Assembly (NCBI RefSeq): GCF_009914755.1
Contig: NC_060939.1
Source: the human T2T-CHM13v2.0 reference genome, Homo sapiens
Reading direction: 5' to 3' (one strand)
DNA length: 64,000 nt
The notes below the pieces were generated by a model. That model saw only the letters and a program-made list of their open reading frames with translations, was not told the DNA's origin and searched no databases. Positions within the stretch are counted from its first letter, which is position 1. Every line of letters begins with the position of its first letter. Positions 44,501-56,200 of the stretch are shown here, in pieces. The translations under genes and the position numbers were made by a program.

Positions 44501-47500
44501 CATTCAATTCTGTTCTACTCGACTCCAATACATTCAATTCCATTCCATCCGATTCCATTACATTCTTTTCATTTCTTATCCATTTCAAGCCATTCCACTC
44601 CATTCCATTCCACTCGTTTCCTTTCCATTCGAGTCCATTCCTCTCCAGTCCATTCCGTTCAATCCATTCCATTCCAGTCCATTCCATTCGAGTCCGTTCC
44701 ATTCCAGTCCATTCCATTCGAGTCAATTCCATCCCATTCGATGTCTTTCCATAACGATCCATTCCATTCTATTCCTTTCGATTCCATTCCATTCTATTTC
44801 ATTCCATTCGATTCCCTTCCATTGGACTCCTTTCCATTCGAGTGCATTCCATTCCGTTCCATTTCTTTCCGTTCTGTACGATTCCTACCGTTCGATTTCA
44901 TTTTGTTCCAGTCCATTCCTTTCGCGTCCATTCCATTCCATTTCACTCCATTCGATTCCATTCCACTCGATTCCACTTCGTTCCATTTCATTGCATTCCA
45001 TTCTATTCAACTCTATTGCCTTCCATTCCATTCCATTCGATTACATTCCATGCGATTCCATTCGAAATCAAATCAATTACATTGCAATCCATTACTATTG
45101 AGTCCGTTTTATTCCAGTCCACTGCATTCTGGTCCATTCCATTTGATTCCATTCCATTCTATTCCATTCCATACAGTTGCATTCCATTGGATTCCATGCT
45201 ATATCTATAAATTCATTTCGAGACCATTGCTTTTGAGTCCATTCTATATGATTCCATTCCATTCAAGTCCATTACATTTGGTTCAATTCCATTCCATTCC
45301 ATTCCCTTCCATTCCATTCCATTTGATATCAATCCATTCGATTCCATTCCATTCGAGCACATTCCATTCGAGTCCATTCCATTCGATGCCATTCCATTTG
45401 ATTCTATTCCATTAGTCTCCATTCTATTCCATTAATCTCCATTCCATTCCATTCTACTCCAACTGATTCCATTTCATTCTATTCCTTTCCATTCCATTTC
45501 ATTCCATTCCATTCCATTCGTGTCCATTCCACTCCAGTCCATTCCATTCGTGTCCATTCCATTCCAGTCCATTCCATTTGTGTCCACTGCATTCCATTCC
45601 ACTCCATTCCATATTATTCCATTACACTCCATTCCATTCTATTACTTTCATTTCCATTCAATTCCATTCCATTTGATTCCATTCCACTCGGTTTCATTCC
45701 ATTTGAGTCCACTCCATTCCATTCCATTCCATTCCATTCAGTTCCATTCCATTCTGTTCCATTCCATTCCGTTCCATTACATTCCATTCCATTCGGTACC
45801 ATTCCATATTGTTCCATTCGATTCCATTCGAATCCATTCCATTCCAGTCCATTCCATTCGATTCCATTCCATTCATTTCAATTCCATTCCATTCCATTCC
45901 ATTCCATTCCACTTGATTCCTCTCCATTCCCTTCCACTGCATTCCGTTCGATTCCATTCCATTGCATTGCATTCCATTCCATTGGATTGCATTCCATTCG
46001 ATTCCATTCCATTCGAATCAATTACATAGCAATCCATTACATTCGAGTCTATTCTCTTCTGTTCCATTCGATTTCGTTCCAATCCATTCGATTCCATTCC
46101 ATTCGATTCCATTCCATACTATTGCATTCCATTCGATTACATTATATTCGAATAAGTTCCATTCAAGACCATTTCTTTTGAGTCCATTCTATTTGAGTCC
46201 ATTCCCTTTGATTCCATAACATTTGAGTCCATTCAATTCCATTCCTTTCGTTTCCATTCCATTTGATGCCATTCCATTCAATTCTGTTCTACTCGACTCC
46301 AATACATTCAATTCCATTCCATCCGATTCCATTACATTCTTTTCATTTCTTATCCATTTCAAGCCATTCCACTCCATTCCATTCCACTCGTTTCCTTTCC
46401 ATTCGAGTCCATTCCTCTCCAGTCCATTCCGTTCAATCCATTCCATTCCAGTCCATTCCATTCGAGTCCGTTCCATTCCAGTCCATTCCATTCGAGTCAA
46501 TTCCATTCCATTCGATGTCTTTCCATAACGATCCATTCCATTCTATTCCTTTCGATTCCATTCCATTCTATTTCATTCCATTCGATTCCCTTCCATTGGA
46601 CTCCTTTCCATTCGAGTGCATTCCATTCCGTTCCATTTCTTTCCGTTCTGTACGATTCCTACCGTTCGATTTCATTTTGTTCCAGTCCATTCCTTTCGCG
46701 CCCATTCCATTCCATTTCACTACATTCGATTCCATTCCATTCGATTCCATTCTACTCGATTCCACTTCGTTCCATTTCATTGCATTCCATTCTATTCAAC
46801 TCTATTGCCTTCCATTCCATTCCATTCGATTACATTCCATGCGATTCCATTCGAAATCGAATCAATTACGTTGAAATTCATTACTATTTAGTCCGTTTTA
46901 TTCCAGTCCACTACATTCTGGTCCATTCCATTTGATTCCATTCCATTCTATTCCATTCCATACAGTTGCATTCCATTGGATTCCATGCTATATCTATAAA
47001 TTCAATTCGAGACCATTGCTTTTGAGTCCATTCTATATGATTCCATTCCTTTCAAGTCCATTACATTTGGTTCAATTCCATTCCATTCCATTCCCTTCCA
47101 TTCCATTCCATTTGATATCAATCCATTCGATTCCATTCCATTCGAGCACATTCCATTCGAGTCCATTCCATTCGATGCCATTCCATTTGATTCTATTCCA
47201 TTAGTCTCCATTCAATTCCATTAATCTCCTTTCCATTCCATTCTACTCCAACTGATTCCATTCCATTCTAATCCTTTCCATTCCATTTCATTCCATTCCA
47301 TTCCATTTCATTCCATTCCATTCCATTCGTGTCCATTCCACTCCAGTCCATTCCATTCGTGTCCATTCCATTCCAGTCCATTCCATTTGTGTCCACTGCA
47401 TTCCATTCCACTCCATTCCATATTATTCCATTACACTCCATTCCATTGTATTACTTTCATTTCCATTCAATTCCATTCCATTTGATTCCATTCCACTCGG

Positions 47501-47603
47501 TTTCATTCCATTTGAGTCCACTCCATTCCATTCCATTCCATTCCATTCAGTTCCATTCCATTCTGTTCCATTCCATTCCGTTCCATTACATTCCATTCCA
47601 TTC

Positions 47604-48639
47604 GGTACCATTCCATATTGTTCCATTCGATTCCATTCGAATCCATTCCATTCCAGTCCATTCCATTCGATTCCATACCATTCATTTCAATTCCATTCCA
47701 TTCCATTCCATTCCATTCCATTCGTGTCCATTCCACTCCAGTCCATTCCTTTCGCGTCCATTCCATTCCATTTCACTCCATTCGATTCCATTCCACTCGA
47801 TTCCACTTCGTTCCATTTCATTGCATTCCATTCTATTCAACTCTATTGCCTTCCATTCCATTCCATTCGATTACATTCCATGCGATTCCATTCGAAATCG
47901 AATCAATTACATTGCAATCCATTACTATTGAGTCCATTTTATTCCAGTCCACTGCATTCTGGTCCATTCCATTTGATTCCATTCCATTCTATTCCATTCC
48001 ATACAGTTGCATTCCATTGGATTCCATTCTATATCTATAAATTCAATTCGAGACCATTGCTTTTGAGTCCATTCTATATGATTCCATTCCATTCAAGTCC
48101 ATTACATTTGGTTCAATTCCATTCCATTTCATTCCCTTCCATTCCATTCCAGTTGATATCAATCCATTCGATTCCATTCCATTCGAGCACATTCCATTCG
48201 AGTCCATTCCATTCGATGCCATTCCATTTGATTCTATTCCATTAGTCTCCATTCAATTCCATTAATCTCCATTCCATTCCATTCTACTCCAACTGATTCC
48301 ATTCCATTCTATTCCTTTCCATTCCATTTCATTCCATTCCATTCCATTTCATTCCATTCCATTCCATTCCATTCCATTCGCTTCCATTCCATTCGTGTCC
48401 ATTCCATTCCAGTCCATTCCATTTGTGTCCACTGCATGCCATTCCACTCCATTCCATATTATTCCATTACACTCCATTCCATTCTATTACTTTCATTTCC
48501 ATTCAATTCCATTCCATTTGATTCCATTCCACTCGGTTTCATTCCATTTGAGTCCACTCCATTCCATTCCATTCCATTCCATTCAGTTCCATTCCATTCT
48601 GTTCCATTCCATTCCGTTCCATTACATTCCATTCCATTC
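47604..48639 (+). repeat. Truncated HOR unit (1,036 bp; net ~753 bp lost at a complex junction), copy 1
   Basis: KpnI 47604 to 48640. The CGCG landmark lies at KpnI+149 instead of +902. The GAATCAATTACATAGC through CTGTACGATTCCTACCG segment is absent. Confidence 0.93.
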
Positions 48640-51600
48640 GGTACCATTCCATATTGTTCCATTCGATTCCATTCGAATCCATTCCATTCCAGTCCATTCC
48701 ATTCGATTCCATTCCATTCATTTCAATTCCATTCCATTCCATTCCATTACATTCCACTTGATTCCTCTCCATTCCCTTCCACTGCATTCCGTTCGATTCC
48801 ATTCCATTGCATTGCATTCCATTCCATTGGATTGCATTCCATTCGATTCCATTCCATTCGAATCAATTACATAGCAATCCATTACATTCGAGTCTATTCT
48901 CTTCCGTTCCATTCGATTTCGTTCCAATCCATTCGATTCCATTCCATTCGATTCCATTCCATACTATTGCATTCCATTCGATTACATTATATTCGAATAA
49001 GTTCCATTCAAGACCATTTCTTTTGAGTCCATTCTATTTGAGTCCATTCCCTTTGATTCCATAACATTTGAGTCCATTCAATTCCATTCCTTTCGTTTCC
49101 ATTCCATTTGATGCCATTCCATTCAATTCTGTTCTACTCGACTCCAATACATTCAATTCCATTCCATCCAATTCCATTACATTCTTTTCATTTCTTATCC
49201 ATTTCAAGCCATTCCACTCCATTCCATTCCACTCGTTTCCTTTCCATTCGAGTCCATTCCTCTCCAGTCCATTCCGTTCAATCCATTCCATTCCAGTCCA
49301 TTCCATTCGAGTCCGTTCCATTCCAGTCCATTCCATTCGAGTCAATTCCATTCCATTCGATGTCTTTCCATAACGATCCATTCCATTCTATTCCTTTCGA
49401 TTCCATTCCATTCTATTTCATTCCATTCGATTCCCTTCCATTGGACTCCTTTCCATTCGAGTGCATTCCATTCCGTTCCATTTCTTTCCGTTCTGTACGA
49501 TTCCTACCGTTCGATTTCATTTTGTTCCAGTCCATTCCTTTCGCGTCCATTCCATTCCATTTCACTACATTCGATTCCATTCCATTCGATTCCATTCTAC
49601 TCGATTCCACTTCGTTCCATTTCATTGCATTCCATTCTATTCAACTCTATTGCCTTCCATTCCATTCCATTCGAATACATTCCATGCGATTCCATTCGAA
49701 ATCGAATCAATTACATTGCAATCCATTACTATTGAGTCCGTTTTATTCCAGTCCACTGCATTCTGGTCCATTCCATTTGATTCCATTCCGTTCTATTCCA
49801 TTCCATGCAGTTGCATTCCATTGGATTCCATGCTATATCTATAAATTCAATTCGAGACCATTGCTTTTGAGTCCATTCTATATGATTCCATTCCATTCAA
49901 GTCCATTACATTTGGTTCAATTCCATTCCATTCCATTCCCTTCCATTCCATTCCAGTTGATATCAATCCATTCGATTCCATTCCTTTCGAGCACATTCCA
50001 TTCGAGTCCATTCCATTCGATGCCATTCCATTTGATTCTATTCCATTAGTCTCCATTCAATTCCATTAATCTCCATTCCATTCCATTCTACTCCAACTGA
50101 TTCCATTCCATTCTATTCCTTTCCATTCCATTTCATTCCATTCCATTCCATTTCATTCCATTCCATTCCATTCGTGTCCATTCCACTCCAGTCCATTCCA
50201 TTCGTGTCCATTCCATTCCAGTCCATTCCATTTGTGTCCACTGCATTCCATTCCACTCCATTCCATATTATTCCATTACACTCCATTCCATTCTATTACT
50301 TTCATTTCCATTCAATTCCATTCCATTTGATTCCATTCCACTCGGTTTCATTCCATTTGAGTCCACTCCATTCCATTCCATTCCATTCCATTCAGTTCCA
50401 TTCCATTCTGTTCCATTCCATTCCGTTCCATTACATTCCATTCCATTCGGTACCATTCCATATTGTTCCATTCGATTCCATTCGAATCCATTCCATTCCA
50501 GTCCATTCCATTCGATTCCATTCCATTCATTTCAATTCCATTCCATTCCATTCCATTACATTCCACTTGATTCCTCTCCATTCCCTTCCACTGCATTCCG
50601 TTCGATTCCATTCCATTGCATTGCATTCCATTCCATTGGATTGCATTCCTTTCGATTCCATTCCATTCGAATCAATTACATAGCAATCCATTACATTCGA
50701 GTCTATTCTATTCCGTTCCCTTCGATTTCGTTCCAATCCATTCGATTCCATTCCATTCGATTCCATTCCATACTATTGCATTCCATTCTATTACATTATA
50801 TTCGAATAAGTTCCATTCAAGACCATTTCTTTTGAGTCCATTCTATTTGAGTCCATTCCCTTTGATTCCATAATATTTGAGTCCATTCAATTCCATTCCT
50901 TTCGTTTCCATTCCATTTGATGCCATTCCATTCAATTCTGTTCTACTCGACTCCAATACATTCAATTCCATTCCATCCGATTCCATTACATTCTTTTCAT
51001 TTCTTATCCATTTCAAGCCATTCCACTCCATTCCATTCCACTCGTTTCCTTTCCATTCGAGTCCATTCCTCTCCAGTCCATTCCGTTCAATCCATTCCAT
51101 TCCAGTCCATTCCATTCGAGTCCGTTCCATTCCAGTCCATTCCATTCGAGTCAATTCCATTCCATTCGATGTCTTTCCATAACGATCCATTCCATTCTAT
51201 TCCTTTCGATTCCATTCCATTCTATTTCATTCCATTCGATTCCCTTCCATTGGACTCCTTTCCATTCGAGTGCATTCCATTCCGTTCCATTTCTTTCCGT
51301 TCTGTACGATTCCTACCGTTCGATTTCATTTTGTTCCAGTCCATTCCTTTCGCGCCCATTCCATTCCATTTCACTACATTCGATTCCATTCCATTCGATT
51401 CCATTCTACTCGATTCCACTTCGTTCCATTTCATTGCATTCCATTCTATTCAACTCTATTGCCTTCCATTCCATTCCATTCGATTACATTCCATGCGATT
51501 CCATTCGAAATCGAATCAATTACGTTGAAATTCATTACTATTTAGTCCGTTTTATTCCAGTCCACTACATTCTGGTCCATTCCATTTGATTCCATTCCAT

Positions 51601-52257
51601 TCTATTCCATTCCATACAGTTGCATTCCATTGGATTCCATGCTATATCTATAAATTCAATTCGAGACCATTGCTTTTGAGTCCATTCTATATGATTCCAT
51701 TCCTTGCAAGTCCATTACATTTGGTTCAATTCCATTCCATTCCATTCCCTTCCATTCCATTCCATTTGATATCAATCCATTCGATTCCATTCCATTCGAG
51801 CACATTCCATTCGAGTCCATTCCATTCGATGCCATTCCATTTGATTCTATTCCATTAGTCTCCATTCAATTCCATTAATCTCCTTTCCATTCCATTCTAC
51901 TCCAACTGATTCCATTCCATTCTAATCCTTTCCATTCCATTTCATTCCATTCCATTCCATTTCATTCCATTCCATTCCATTCGTGTCCATTCCACTCCAG
52001 TCCATTCCATTCGTGTCCATTCCATTCCAGTCCATTCCATTTGTGTCCACTGCATTCCATTCCACTCCATTCCATATTATTCCATTACACTCCATTCCAT
52101 TGTATTACTTTCATTTCCATTCAATTCCATTCCATTTGATTCCATTCCACTCGGTTTCATTCCATTTGAGTCCACTCCATTCCATTCCATTCCATTCCAT
52201 TCAGTTCCATTCCATTCTGTTCCATTCCATTCCGTTCCATTACATTCCATTCCATTC

Positions 52258-53288
52258 GGTACCATTCCATATTGTTCCATTCGATTCCATTCGAATCCAT
52301 TCCATTCCAGTCCATTCCATTCGATTCCATACCATTCATTTCAATTCCATTCCATTCCATTCCATTCCATTCCATTCGTGTCCATTCCACTCCAGTCCAT
52401 TCCTTTCGCGTCCATTCCATTCCATTTCACTCCATTCGATTCCATTCCACTCGATTCCACTTCGTTCCATTTCATTGCATTCCATTCTATTCAACTCTAT
52501 TGCCTTCCATTCCATTCCATTCGATTACATTCCATGCGATTCCATTCGAAATCGAATCAATTACATTGCAATCCATTACTATTGAGTCCATTTTATTCCA
52601 GTCCACTGCATTCTGGTCCATTCCATTTGATTCCATTCCATTCTATTCCATTCCATACAGTTGCATTCCATTGGATTCCATTCTATATCTATAAATTCAA
52701 TTCGAGACCATTGCTTTTGAGTCCATTCTATATGATTCCATTCCATTCAAGTCCATTACATTTGGTTCAATTCCATTCCATTTCATTCCCTTCCATTCCA
52801 TTCCAGTTGATATCAATCCATTCGATTCCATTCCATTCGAGCACATTCCATTCGAGTCCATTCCATTCGATGCCATTCCATTTGATTCTATTCCATTAGT
52901 CTCCATTCAATTCCATTAATCTCCATTCCATTCCATTCTACTCCAACTGATTCCATTCCATTCTATTCCTTTCCATTCCATTTCATTCCATTCCATTCCA
53001 TTTCATTCCATTCCATTCCATTCCATTCCATTCGCTTCCATTCCATTCGTGTCCATTCCATTCCAGTCCATTCCATTTGTGTCCACTGCATGCCATTCCA
53101 CTCCATTCCATATTATTCCATTACACTCCATTCCATTCTATTACTTTCATTTCCATTCAATTCCATTCCATTTGATTCCATTCCACTCGGTTTCATTCCA
53201 TTTGAGTCCACTCCATTCCATTCCATTCCATTCAGTTCCATTCCATTCTGTTCCATTCCATTCCGTTCCATTACATTCCATTCCATTC
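52258..53288 (+). repeat. Truncated HOR unit (1,031 bp), copy 2
   Basis: KpnI 52258 to 53289. Same junction sequence as copy 1 at 52375-52412, and one CATTC fewer near 53225. Confidence 0.93.
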
Positions 53289-56200
53289 GGTACCATTCCA
53301 TATTGTTCCATTCGATTCCATTCGAATCCATTCCATTCCAGTCCATTCCATTCGATTCCATTCCATTCATTTCAATTCCATTCCATTCCATTCCATTCCA
53401 TTCCACTTGATTCCTCTCCATTCCCTTCCACTGCATTCCGTTCGATTCCATTCCATTGCATTGCATTCCATTCCATTGGATTGCATTCCATTCGATTCCA
53501 TTCCATTCGAATCAATTACATAGCAATCCATTACATTCGAGTCTATTCTCTTCCGTTCCATTCGATTTCGTTCCAATCCATTCGATTCCATTCCATTCGA
53601 TTCCATTCCATACTATTGCATTCCATTCGATTACATTATATTCGAATAAGTTCCATTCAAGACCATTTCTTTTGAGTCCATTCTATTTGAGTCCATTCCC
53701 TTTGATTCCATAACATTTGAGTCCATTCAATTCCATTCCTTTCGTTTCCATTCCATTTGATGCCATTCCATTCAATTCTGTTCTACTCGACTCCAATACA
53801 TTCAATTCCATTCCATCCAATTCCATTACATTCTTTTCATTTCTTATCCATTTCAAGCCATTCCACTCCATTCCATTCCACTCGTTTCCTTTCCATTCGA
53901 GTCCATTCCTCTCCAGTCCATTCCGTTCAATCCATTCCATTCCAGTCCATTCCATTCGAGTCCGTTCCATTCCAGTCCATTCCATTCGAGTCAATTCCAT
54001 TCCATTCGATGTCTTTCCATAACGATCCATTCCATTCTATTCCTTTCGATTCCATTCCATTCTATTTCATTCCATTCGATTCCCTTCCATTGGACTCCTT
54101 TCCATTCGAGTGCATTCCATTCCGTTCCATTTCTTTCCGTTCTGTACGATTCCTACCGTTCGATTTCATTTTGTTCCAGTCCATTCCTTTCGCGTCCATT
54201 CCATTCCATTTCACTACATTCGATTCCATTCCATTCGATTCCATTCTACTCGATTCCACTTCGTTCCATTTCATTGCATTCCATTCTATTCAACTCTATT
54301 GCCTTCCATTCCATTCCATTCGAATACATTCCATGCGATTCCATTCGAAATCGAATCAATTACATTGCAATCCATTACTATTGAGTCCGTTTTATTCCAG
54401 TCCACTGCATTCTGGTCCATTCCATTTGATTCCATTCCGTTCTATTCCATTCCATGCAGTTGCATTCCATTGGATTCCATGCTATATCTATAAATTCAAT
54501 TCGAGACCATTGCTTTTGAGTCCATTCTATATGATTCCATTCCATTCAAGTCCATTACATTTGGTTCAATTCCATTCCATTCCATTCCCTTCCATTCCAT
54601 TCCAGTTGATATCAATCCATTCGATTCCATTCCTTTCGAGCACATTCCATTCGAGTCCATTCCATTCGATGCCATTCCATTTGATTCTATTCCATTAGTC
54701 TCCATTCAATTCCATTAATCTCCATTCCATTCCATTCTACTCCAACTGATTCCATTCCATTCTATTCCTTTCCATTCCATTTCATTCCATTCCATTCCAT
54801 TTCATTCCATTCCATTCCATTCGTGTCCATTCCACTCCAGTCCATTCCATTCGTGTCCATTCCATTCCAGTCCATTCCATTTGTGTCCACTGCATTCCAT
54901 TCCACTCCATTCCATATTATTCCATTACACTCCATTCCATTCTATTACTTTCATTTCCATTCAATTCCATTCCATTTGATTCCATTCCACTCGGTTTCAT
55001 TCCATTTGAGTCCACTCCATTCCATTCCATTCCATTCCATTCAGTTCCATTCCATTCTGTTCCATTCCATTCCGTTCCATTACATTCCATTCCATTCGGT
55101 ACCATTCCATATTGTTCCATTCGATTCCATTCGAATCCATTCCATTCCAGTCCATTCCATTCGATTCCATTCCATTCATTTCAATTCCATTCCATTCCAT
55201 TCCATTACATTCCACTTGATTCCTCTCCATTCCCTTCCACTGCATTCCGTTCGATTCCATTCCATTGCATTGCATTCCATTCCATTGGATTGCATTCCTT
55301 TCGATTCCATTCCATTCGAATCAATTACATAGCAATCCATTACATTCGAGTCTATTCTATTCCGTTCCCTTCGATTTCGTTCCAATCCATTCGATTCCAT
55401 TCCATTCGATTCCATTCCATACTATTGCATTCCATTCTATTACATTATATTCGAATAAGTTCCATTCAAGACCATTTCTTTTGAGTCCATTCTATTTGAG
55501 TCCATTCCCTTTGATTCCATAATATTTGAGTCCATTCAATTCCATTCCTTTCGTTTCCATTCCATTTGATGCCATTCCATTCAATTCTGTTCTACTCGAC
55601 TCCAATACATTCAATTCCATTCCATCCGATTCCATTACATTCTTTTCATTTCTTATCCATTTCAAGCCATTCCACTCCATTCCATTCCACTCGTTTCCTT
55701 TCCATTCGAGTCCATTCCTCTCCAGTCCATTCCGTTCAATCCATTCCATTCCAGTCCATTCCATTCGAGTCCGTTCCATTCCAGTCCATTCCATTCGAGT
55801 CAATTCCATCCCATTCGATGTCTTTCCATAACGATCCATTCCATTCTATTCCTTTCGATTCCATTCCATTCTATTTCATTCCATTCGATTCCCTTCCATT
55901 GGACTCCTTTCCATTCGAGTGCATTCCATTCCGTTCCATTTCTTTCCGTTCTGTACGATTCCTACCGTTCGATTTCATTTTGTTCCAGTCCATTCCTTTC
56001 GCGTCCATTCCATTCCATTTCACTCCATTCGATTCCATTCCACTCGATTCCACTTCGTTCCATTTCATTGCATTCCATTCTATTCAACTCTATTGCCTTC
56101 CATTCCATTCCATTCGATTACATTCCATGCGATTCCATTCGAAATCGAATCAATTACATTGCAATCCATTACTATTGAGTCCGTTTTATTCCAGTCCACT

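Larger units (their letters stand above)
46400..55700 (+). repeat. Tandem duplication of a ~4.65-kb three-unit block (1809+1036+1809, then 1809+1031+1809)
   Basis: Private variants recur at +4654, then +4649 after a 5-bp loss. CGCGCCC 46701/51355; substitution cluster 46870/51524; truncation junction 47724/52378; CTGCATGCC ~48437/~53091; CGAATACAT ~49674/~54323; CATAATATTT ~50873/~55522. End points are approximate (about +/-150 bp). Confidence 0.92.
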
